Positions 51,182 through 61,650 of a stretch of DNA of 64,000 nt are shown here, one piece after another. This DNA comes from Atractiella rhizophila. Lineage: Eukaryota. The stretch spans positions 44,602 through 108,601 of the forward strand of contig MU271202.1 of assembly GCA_021432655.1 (NCBI GenBank), given 5' to 3'. Numbering within the stretch: position 1 is the first letter of the stretch; each line of letters starts with the position of its first letter. The notes below the pieces were generated by a model. That model was not told the DNA's origin. It did not search any database and worked only from the letters and a program-made list of their open reading frames with translations. The translations under genes were made by a program, and so were the position numbers.

Positions 51182-53946
51182 TCAGAAAAGGTAATGTTTG
51201 CACTTCGTCCAGGCGCCAGCAGCAACCGTGAGAGTCGTCGAAGCGATGAGCATTGGTCGAAGTCCAGCTGTGTGGAAATGTGTCAGCAACAATCCTCCGC
51301 TTGCGTAAGATAAGGTTGTACAGATTCGGGCGGGCGCGGGCTACGATCGGTTGAGCCTATCGGAAACGAAACAAGAAAGCTCTCAAGCAACGGGAGCAGA
51401 GTGTCTGTGCTCTTATTTGTCACCCAAAATCCTGGTGGAGCTCTCATTGAGCTCATTGGCCCATTCGCTCATTCAAGAAGAAGCTGCAAATATCGGAACA
51501 GCGAAAGAGTAAGAACGAAGAATAGATCAATACAGTGAATCAATAGAATGGATCCGATCGGCTTGACAAGTTTCAGCGCTGCAAGTTCTCTGCACTCTCG
51601 ATGCTCGACATTTCGATGCGTGCTTACATTGCTGCTGCGTCCCGCTATCTCTGCGTCATGATTGACAGAACAAAGCAGAAATTACTTGAAAAGGATGACC
51701 ACGAGCCTCCTTTTCGCCGATGTTGGGTCGAAAAAGGAAGGCTTGAACGTGAGTGAGCTTGAATTTTCGAAATTCGAAAGTTCCATGATAAACCCAATGC
51801 AGGTTCCGCAACAGAACAGGATAAGCACACTGCAAATCACGCAAGGATGGTCCGGCGAGAATTAACGTTTCTCTCGAGCTTGCTTGTGTAGACTGCAGTT
51901 GCGTCTGAGAATGCGAGAATGCGCATCCGTTGCAAAGAACCCACGAAGGGTGACCGAACTGAAATTTGTTTACACCTCTTCTGCAGGAATTAAATTGTCA
52001 TTGGTATGCAAATTAAATTATCATTGGAGTTCGCCCATGGATGCAGAAGTGACTTCCGTCCTCCTTATTAGGAACGGATGCATCACTATCTGCTAGGTTA
52101 AAGGCAGTAGGGTTAGGAATGATTGATTCATACTGCACGAGAGACAGTTTTCCTGGTTGCAGGAGAAACCCTCCCAAACAAATAACGACAATGAGGCCAA
52201 TGGAAGGAGGCAAAACAAGTTACACGAAAAAATACAAGAGAAACTCTGAACAACGAATCACAAAGAAGCAGAAACAAAAAGAGAAAAAAAAAAAAGTACA
52301 AGAACAACAACACCCCCCCCTCAACGCCCCATGGGTCGACTTTGAAAGTCCTCGTCGTCAATGAGGCATTTGATGATTCATTCTTGTTGTCAAAGCACTG
52401 CGAAACTCGGTGGAAGAAATAAAAGAGAAATTTGAGTTCAACCCCTCACAAAGAATAGTGGTCGAGTAGAAGTTTTCGAGGTACCCATCGTGCCCATCAA
52501 TTTCAATAAGTAATCAACTGTAACAGCCGTTCCAGGTCTGTCTACATTCCAGATAAAACTACGAGGAAATACTGAAGCCACGGAGAAAGACGATGACTCT
52601 CTGCTTCATCAAGTAAGAGAGGCAAGGCAACGTTTCTATTCCGCGGCCAAGTTGGAATATCGGTATTACATCGCTTACACTTAGTAAGGATGATGAATCT
52701 AAAATTATCAATCTTTCCATTACGCCGTGCAAATCCAGGTGAAAAACGACACCCCACAAAGAGGGACGTAAAGGGCACAATCAGGATTAAGAGCGACTGA
52801 TCATTTGATTTTAATGATTTGTGCTCCTCCTTCCTCCGTCTCCCTTTCACATCACATCATCGCCCACCAAATCAAGGAGAGAAGTAATGTTTGTGACACA
52901 CCCCTGGTTCAATGGGGTGTACCTTCACACATTCATATATCTCAGCTCTGAGAAAAAAATCTAGAAAAGGTGCTCCAACGGAACGGCAATGGCCCCCGTC
53001 CCTTTCTTTTTTCAGGCTGAAAGGAACAACTCACCAGTGCTCCTCCAAACCACCCCGGTAGCCCAACCCGCCCCCATGCTTCCCCAAACATCATGTTTAC
53101 CCCTTACTCTATCGATCGTAGCGTTGAATCCGTTATAGAACAAGGCTGCACCACCAAATCAGCCGCCACACTTACACTCCGAGTGGGAGATACTAGAATG
53201 GGCAAGAGAGATGAGAGAAGGGCGTACCCAAGATACCAGAGGTGTTGCCCATAAAGCTTCCTCTCCTCGTCATCGCATTCAACACCGTGTTCAACCTCAA
53301 CCTAAACGGGACCGCTCTCCTGATCGTCTGAGCGCGAGTCTGAGTCTGAGCCTGGGCTCCGATGGCTCCAGCGTCCAACGTCGCTGCCCCCGCTGCAGCT
53401 CCGACCGGGTGGGGATAGGGATGGGCATGAGCGAAAGCGGAGGTGGGTGGAGCGGTCGCTGCCAGATCTTTGAGGGGAGCGAAGGCTGTAACTCGTGCGG
53501 AAAGAGGGACTCGTAGACCTTCTCGTAATCCCCAGAGGCCGCCAAATGCTAGACCTGTGACATAGATCGGAAGGACGTCATTGTTACAACTTGCTCTTGA
53601 ACAATACCATCCCTGCCACGGATGATGGTTAGAGGGAAAGGAACGCACCGGTTAGATATGTCGTTCCAGTGCCATAGCACAACTCATCACCCCATCCCCT
53701 GGTTGGCAAGACTCCTCGACCTCCGTCTAAGGATTGAAGTTTTTCGTCCTCCAGCAGAAGATAGTCCAACTCCTGGGAGTTGCCTAGTCCTGACAGAGGA
53801 TGGATAGCTGAGAGACCGGAGGGAGAAGAGAGGATGGAGCTGGCAGAGGGTGAGTCCGGAGTGAATGGGTCGCTGGAGGGAGAGGCGTATGAGACTCCGG
53901 AGAGCAGTTCGTTGGAGGCTGAGCCTGAGGAGGAGGAGGATGACAT
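51182..53946 (-). CDS. TIM23: Mitochondrial inner-membrane translocase subunit Tim23
   Basis: LPTRGWGDELCYGTGTTYLTGLAFGGLWGLREG; RLRLNTVLNAMTRRGSFMGN; LFYNGFNATID..RGKHD. The last exon AGLRPMLIASTTLTVAAGAWTKCKHYLF* lies at 51267-51182, after a 1,767-nt intron. Confidence 0.93.
51268..53034 (-). ncRNA. Candidate intron-encoded structured ncRNA, possibly telomerase RNA (boundaries unknown, inside the last TIM23 intron)
   Basis: Oversized intron with sense-strand CCUAACCCUA (52117-52108), several stems and an Sm-like GAUUUUGG (51431-51424). No credible ORF. Confidence 0.35.
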
Positions 53947-54327
53947 TATTCTAATACTTTTAGCTAGAAAAGGAGGCGAAAGAGCGCAGAGACTGCGAAG
54001 ACGAAGAAGTGGCAAGTGGCAACTTTTTGGTTTTGGTGGAAAGGAAAAATCAGATTCCACGTGAGTGACTACAGCGATACTACGGTGTAGCGTCAGCCCG
54101 ATCTCATTCCATGTTTTGATGGTACGAGGTGTACACAGTTGGAGGATAAAGGTGAGCTGGTAAATATTTAACAAATGGTTATCTTGGCTCAGGTATTTAC
54201 GAGAGGCGTAATAATGTCACATAACAACCCGACACGAACCCAAAAAAGAAGACTTGCTTGATTTGCTGGCTTTGTTTCCCAGCAAAGGAATACATTCACA
54301 CAAGCTGTCTTGGATTCTATCAACTCG

Positions 54328-55803
54328 TTATAGCGATCCCTTCTCTGCTGCCAGGATGAATGCGATCGTTTGTCGCCCTACCTCGCTTCCACGCTCCCAA
54401 AGGTCCTTCAGCCTCAGTCTTTCTTCGTCGTTTGGTCCTCCTTTGCCGTCAACTTCCATGCTCGAATGATCGTCGCCAGCATTCCAAGCGGCCGTGATGC
54501 GATCTATTGACACCACCATCCCATAGTCTCGGAACAGGGTAAGGATCGCTGAGACTTTCGATATTCGATAATGAACTCCAGCGTCCGTTGAGATCGAAGG
54601 GTGATTTTTCGATGAATAAATCTCTGTGGTTTCCAGCGTTTTGTCGTCTCCGAACAAGGCCTCTACAACCCATCCACATAAATTAAATCTTGAAGGAAAG
54701 TGGACAGGGGGAACGCACCTTTTGCCTTGATATCGTCTGAAAGGAAGGAACCAGGCCTGCACACCCATGCATAGCCATTGAGACCGAGAATGAGGTCGAC
54801 ATCGATCGGTTTTGGGAGAGTGATGAAATGTGAAGGCAGACGTGGAATCAATTGAGGGGGGAGAGACAGCATTCGTCCATTTCGTAACTGAAAAATCTCA
54901 CTTGAGCTATTGCCTAGCTAGTTGTTTCCTTACCTTCCCGTATTTGAGAGAACGGGTGTGCAGTGACATGACCCCGTCCCCAAAGAAAGCTTGAACCTCA
55001 CACACCAGGAGATCGCCTTCTTTGAAAAATTCTCTCATTGACAGCTCATCAGATGCTTGCTTTCTGCGCTACTCCTGGCTCATCAACTTGACTTTCTTTT
55101 GGATGTACACCCAAGAAGAGCTTACTTGTATACCTCCTGGAAGATTTATGGAGGACAGCATGAGCACGGCCTCTTGTCGTGCGGCGCAGTCCACTTTCCA
55201 ACGCTTTGACCCCGGTTGAACTTGTGTTATCCGCCCAACCACGAGATCTCCTAATTCAGGTCGATATCTGGCGAGACGAATGGACGTTAGAGCTGAAATT
55301 CTTGAGACGGACTGAAGATAAGATATCTTAATACCTCGATACAAATGTTTTTCATAACGCACGTGGTAGGCATAAGCCGTGTATTAAACTTAAAAAGAGC
55401 GATGCTTTGAAGCATCTCTAAATGGATTAAATCTGCGTGTGCGAGTAAGAAGCCGTTGCAATCTTGTTTGAACACTCTCTACCATCTCTATCTCGAAGGC
55501 TGAAGATTGATGATAGAGCAAACAGAAGACAAAGAAAAGTTCTATCAGCTTTCGCAAATGCTTTACAGTTGACACAAGGACACAGTAAAGTGTAGCCAAC
55601 GCACCTGCTCCTCAAATTCTTGACAGTAACAAGCCTGTTCGTCCTCTCGCTTACTCCCACCACCGACGCACGAATTTCTTCTTCGACAGTGTAAGTCCCA
55701 TGCCCACTATGTCATCCTAAATACCGATCAAAGCTGGAGAGTTGACTGACCGCAAGAAGGCAGACATCGTCCCAATGGATTCGCCTGGAGTGCACACCGA
55801 CAT
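54328..55803 (-). CDS. RRP4: Exosome complex cap subunit Rrp4
   Basis: [78 protein letters not shown]. Confidence 0.95.
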
Positions 55804-56084
55804 TGTTGCCAGATCGTGTCGCGAGAGAGGATATCACTGGCGGTTCCTACTTCAACGCACTCCTGGCAAAGGGACAGGAGTATAAGGAGTACAACAGAAG
55901 AGAAAGAGAGCTCGAACTACAGACTCAAAACCCTCACTACAAGTTTTCGCTTAAGGTTTCACATGTCACGCGTAATTGCTCCGTGAGAAAAACTTGCATT
56001 TTGATGCTACAAGTGATTGTGATTGTGTACAAATCGTAGAACGTTAAGACTTTACTCCCTACAAACTGCATTTTGAAATCTTGT

Positions 56085-58253
56085 TCAACATTGAGAGACC
56101 TTGTTCCAATGTTAGTTTTTGGAGCAATTAAATGAGAAAGCTTTACCCTCTTCCATGGGAGGCCGTCTCCCTCTTTCGGGGTCTCTCCTTGAGTCCACCA
56201 TTGAGCTTGCCAGAGCCAACCAGCATAAGTAGCCTGATCTCCACCAACGTAGATTCTGTGTAGTTTTTCAGCACACTAGAATGGATACAGGTAGCAACGT
56301 ACAACGTTGCACTCCATGCTCCAACTGCGTCGCAACTTCCAGCTGGAGGGGTTTGAGTTGGGCCGCCAGTTGTAGTGGTCGTCGTCGTTATTGGTCCTTG
56401 GCCTCCCATCTGATTCCGGACATTCGCATACTGCGAGCCGGGGTAGTCTGCAGGATGGTTAATATCTCTCAGTTAGGAGTCTGAATAACGTACTGAGGTG
56501 ATTCTGGGTTGTGTCGAGACCCCCAAGCGTAGAATGAACTTTGGAGACAACGGAACTCGAACCGGTCTTGTCACCAGACAATTCCTGCCAACTTGGGTGA
56601 GGACGCGAGGAGATGTAGATTGAGGTAGACTAACCCAATACATGGCTCCCGCAAGGCCATTGGAATTGATGTATTGAGCCTTGACATTGGCTGTCGTTGC
56701 TGGATCGAGGTTTAGAAGTGACGGTAAGACGATAAGAACAACGGCTTACTGGTGTCATAAGAGTACAAGGTGCTTCCCGACATGGTATAGGCGCCAACAT
56801 AAGTGCTGGTCTCTTCAGTGAGCCTGGGATGTCGCTTCAGCCACATTAGCCAGACAGGAGAAGGAGCATGTCATACGTTCCACCAGGAATGCTATTGTAA
56901 TTGGTAATCCCTGTCCCTGGTGGATCAGACTGGGGGACGGCGTGGGGTTTCAACTTACCGTCGTTGCCTCCAACACCGCTAAAGCTTTGGAACATTCCAG
57001 CAGTGTTCGTAAATGATCTTTGTGCAACAAATATTGAACAACAGCGTTTAAGAAGAAGTAAACAGACGAACCTTGCATATAGGGGAATGCCCATAGCGAT
57101 CTTATTCAAGCTCGCACCTTTGCTGGTGTAGATTCCAAGGGCTTGAACAGTGCTAACACCATCAGGAGTGTTTCCTTTCAAGTTAGCTTGGTAGTCCGTA
57201 GAAGGGCTCCAGCTGCCGGCATAATCGTACGCCATTAGTGACCTAACGTAGTGTCAGAAATGCCTGTGACGAAAATTGCTTGAGAGTATACCAGATGTCA
57301 AGGGCCGTGTTCATCTGGGGCACGTTGAGGTAAGTGTATCCAGAGCTCCCAGCACCGACAGCAGCCGTAATAAGGTAAGGAACGCTATCTCCTTTGGAAG
57401 CAGCATGTTGAGTGAGCGCGCTCCTTAGACCAGTGAGGAGATCAGCGAATCCTTGTCCTTGGGCGGTCGAGGCGGGGTATTCATAGTCAATATCAATCCC
57501 ATCGAAACTGCACGGGGAATTCAGTTTAAGGCGGCAGACAAGGCAAAAAAAATCAAAACTCACCCGTAATCTTCAAGAGCCGTGATCGCAGTGCTGATGA
57601 AGGTAGCTCGTGCGCTAGCCGAAGTAACGAAATTGAAGTGACCATCTTGCCCGTATCTAATCGAAAGTTAGTCCAATATCCGTGAACGATAAGAAGGCAG
57701 GCTTACGTCCATCCACCAACAGAAAGCAGAGTTTTCAAGCCACGGTTGGCCTTCTTTAGAAGGTAAAGTTGCTTAAAGTTGCCAAAAAGGTTTCCTGCAG
57801 CGCCATCATCGCCAGCGAAAAGCTGTTGCGTATCCGCGTAGGTGTTGGAGAGCGTCAGCGCTCCAGTCGTTGGATTGCAATCAGCGAAAGCATAGACGAT
57901 GTGAGTGAGGTGGGATGTTGGAATTGAAGTCGGCGGGAAGGAACCCCAGTTGGTGAAATAACCTGACCGTTGAACTCGTATCAATTCCAGCTTCAATTCT
58001 CTACGCTGGGCCTACCCATCTGAACTTTTCCATTCAGTGCAGCAATGGCAAAGCCATTCGTATGTACACTCGCGTCGAGACTGTAGTTGAACCTGCAGGC
58101 AGGGTGAGTAGTTGTTTTATCAATTGACAGAATCTAGTTTTACCTCGGAGCGACAGGCCATGGCTGACCATCAAAATCTTCTGGCACGCTATTGGATGGA
58201 GTGGCCAAAGCAATGCTCAACAGCGAAGTAAGGGTAAGAAACGAAGAGAACAT
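56085..58253 (-). CDS. Second GH18 chitinase with a Thr-rich linker and a CBM5/12-type domain
   Basis: Signal peptide; [58 protein letters not shown]. Confidence 0.94.
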
Positions 58254-59340
58254 CTTGCAGTACTTTCTCAACCTCCGACAAAGACGGAATTGCGAACTGG
58301 GATCAGCTAGAGAACAGATCCTCGATCTGATCTCCTATCTTTTATAGGGCTTGTGGCAAGGCGGAAACCCCCTTCTTTCGTGGGAAGAGTGACGACAGGA
58401 GAGTGCGCGACGCGCGACAGTCCACACTCTTCATGTGGTATGCCAAACTAGAGTAATAAATGGTATGAACGCGACCGTGTCCCAGGCGGTCAGGACAAAC
58501 ATCAGGGATTGGCGGTTGCCAGCCGTCATTCTGTGGTCGCTGTCCCGCGTCAGACGATGTAGTTGGCGCCGCTCAGCATGTGGTCGGCGTGGGGAGGCGA
58601 GGATAAGTAGGCGTTATTTCCTGGTTATATCCACATATCCAGGGGGACTGATACACTGAGAAGCCCTCCACCTCAAGGCAATATTCAATACTCGATCCAA
58701 ATTGCCTGGCGTGATTCGAATTGAAAGCGAAGTGCAATACCTAATCCACTGCCAAATCGTCTGAAATGTCTGTAGCAACAACAGCTCGTTCTCATAATAG
58801 TAATGCCACACTTCTGTCAACGGCTCTCGATCCAGTTCACAAGAGTCTTGGAAGGTTTTGCCTTTACACATGAAGTGATGACTTTTCGTGGGGAGCAGAA
58901 TATAAAGCAATGAATCGCACCATCAGCAGAGCAGAATATTTATACTTTACTCGTTGTTTTACACCGAGATGGAGTTCGATTTGTACGCTGTGACAGCTCA
59001 TTAGGAGTCTCATTAGAGGCTTGGATGGCAGCACATTAGGTCAGCCGTGAGCTAACATTGATGAGTAAACTATACAGGAACGAACGACCCCTTATGCTCT
59101 GACAGTTTTCATAATAAACAGAACATTTTCCGGGATTCTAAAGGAACTATTAGCTCCTTTCGAGATAGGGTCGACTTGGAGCTCTTCAGAAACTAACATG
59201 AAGAGCTGGAGACGACACACCTGTGACCCTTGTGTGACCTCCATTTTCAGTCCCTGGTGCAGCTGTATGACTACGATCATGCAAGCAACTTCCTTCATCA
59301 GTCTTGATAGCTACACAATTTAGGAAGACTGTCATGCGTT

Positions 59341-59367
59341 GTCACGTGTCCGCGCAAAATGACGCGT
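59341..59367. promoter_or_regulatory. E-box (GTCACGTG) plus MCB-like ACGCGT upstream of the BRCT gene
   Basis: The motifs sit about 90-110 nt upstream of ATG 59454. Function is inferred from ascomycete MBF targets. Confidence 0.35.
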
Positions 59368-59453
59368 CTTTGAACTTCTACCTATTGAAGCCATCAAGTC
59401 ATTTCATGAGGACGTGTTTCGGACAGAGTAGATGAAGGGGTTATATTCAACTA

Positions 59454-60577
59454 ATGGAATCCTATTTACTACGCACGAAGCCTTCTCAGGCAGCCGGAGC
59501 TCCCGACACGGTTGGAGGCGGAAAAGATGTGCGGAAAGGAGAAAGTGGGAACAAGGGCATCCATAAAGCAGTTTTCAGATCGTGCGTTTTAGATATCCAT
59601 TCTTATTTTGACGTGATAAGTGAAAGCTGTCTCTTGTTTTGGGCGGTGGTGGTAGGAAGCCGTATGCACGGCCCATAACATCCGTCGCGCAAGTGAAGGC
59701 GTCGACGAAAGAGATACTTTCTACTCTCTCGTCTGGTCCGATCACCAAACCGACCCCACAAATGTTGGGAACGATGCATATAGTTAGCTGCTCATCAGGA
59801 CATCAACAGCGCAACTCTGGCTTCACTCCTCATGCTGGTTCTGGTACAACGTACGTCAAGAGTCGGCAAGGGAAGCTAAAGGCGCAAGGCGCAGAACAAA
59901 CGAATGGTGTTTTCTCTGGTGTCAGAGCTTATATAAATGGATTCACCGGTGGAGATGTTGGCAATCTGGAGCTCATTAGGATCATCCAAGAAGGGGGAGG
60001 GGACGTCAAGTGAGTGTCCAGCTTTGTGGGTGCGAGAGTGGAAGTAGAATGGCACATAGGTATGCTTACTCCGTACGCGGAGTGACGCATGTCATTACTG
60101 CTATGCCGCTGTGTGGAAGCAAGACTGAGAGGGAGATCAAGTCGAAGAAGAACAAACACTGCATCGTTCACCCTAACTGGTGCGTCGAGATCTTGGCTGT
60201 TATTCCTTGCTCATTAGCACTTAACATTCTGGTTATGCCGGGACAGGGTCTTGGATAGTCATTCGAAAGGTAAACGACAACAGGAGCACAACTACCCTGT
60301 CGTCGTTAACGAGGTATGTTCACCATTTCTCAATTAAATAAAGGAATCAGGAATTGATAATTGATGTTCTCTCCGTTAGCTCCAGCCGAATATTACAACA
60401 GCATTTTCTAGGGCTCCCAGTTCTTCCTCTAGTTCCGCTCCCATTAGTAGCACGCAAGATGCCGGAAAAACTTTTCTAAACAAGGCTGGGATTTATCAGA
60501 GACCATCTGACAGGGAGATCCCTTTCTCCCAGGCAGCTTGGGGGTGCGGAAAAGAGGCGAAGAGATGGAAGGAATGA
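59454..60577 (+). CDS. Small BRCT-domain protein (Rev1-like BRCT, no polymerase domain)
   Basis: VFSGVRAYINGFT...LELIRIIQEGGG; VTHVIT; IVHPNW/VLDS..KGKR. These are typical BRCT motifs. Confidence 0.82.
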
Positions 60578-60893
60578 GATTCTTACCTCGTTTCTGACAT
60601 TTTCGCTTAGTGTATACCATCGAGATGGCCTTTGACTTTGATTAACGCTTGTCCTATCGCACCTTGCATTGTTTGATTAAAGAGTCACTTTTGCAGCCTT
60701 GCATTTAGCGATTTTATTTATCCCGCTCAAACGTCTGCTCTGTTCTGATTGCTGGTTACTCCCGTCTTGAACGATCTGCTGCACATTTCTCATTACAATG
60801 TCCTATTACGAGCAAAGGATCTGAATACACAAAGCAAGCTAGTGCTGTGAATAGACTATTCGTATTGCCAAATGACATTTCGCGGTTTTCCTC

Positions 60894-61446
60894 TCAATCC
60901 AAGTTATTGGGTAGCATCTTATCCTTCTCATTTCTTAGCCTCCTGCCAATTCTCCCCTTTCCAACTAGTCCCTCAGGCATTGGAGCGACGTAAAACCCTC
61001 CTTCTTTCCTCCTCGGCAAGTCAAGTAGATCCCTATCAAACTTCGTCTCTTCTCTCTGCGGCTTCCGGAGTATATCTCTAGCGTTGACCACCAACCTCCC
61101 CCCGCGCACATCGTTCGTAAGCTCGACGTTATTCTCCAAAGGAAAACTACGGACGCCTTCCACGAGCCGCATAAGTTCTTCAAGGGATAGACGGAGCTCT
61201 TCAAAGTCGGAGGGAGATGCAGGGGGGAGAATACACGCCAATTGGTGGAGGTGGTGGAGCCTTTCTGAAGAAAGAGTAACCGGAGGAGGCAAAGGGAGCA
61301 TAAATTCTGTAGAACGCGGGATGGCCTGATGAAGGGTCGACGGTGAGGAGGATGACGAAGACAAATGTCTTCGAGGAGTTCGAAAGAATTGCCGTACAAT
61401 CTGGTGGGTTGGTTAGCCTGTGAAATTGTAATAAAAAACATACCAT
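60894..61446 (-). CDS. Probable mitochondrial Glu-tRNA(Gln) amidotransferase small subunit (GatC/GatF-like)
   Basis: ATG, then an intron, then IVRQFFRTPRRHLSSSS (presequence-like); LHHLHQLACI..LEELMRLVEGVR; EGGFYVA. Confidence 0.6.
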
Positions 61447-61650
61447 TCCCCTGTCCTAATTTCCTTTGAAGCAGGTCAATCTATGCAGGGTTACGTGGTT
61501 TTGAACTTTCTCAAGTTGCAAAATGCGTCACGTGATCTGATTGTTCTGAATGTCGTGAAACAGCGTGAAGTTATAATACGAATGAAATGACGAGGTATAC
61601 AAAATAAGGTGTACATGAGGTTTGTGGGAAATCGGGAGGTTGGGTTGGAT

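Noticed and set aside
52344..52353. GAAAGTCCTC resembling RNase MRP CR-I on the plus strand
   Set aside because: No matching CR-V / P4 partner found downstream, and it is antisense to the host gene.
52773..52865. Possible C/D snoRNA (AUGAUGU...CUGA) in the TIM23 intron
   Set aside because: Imperfect C box and no convincing rRNA-complementary guide.
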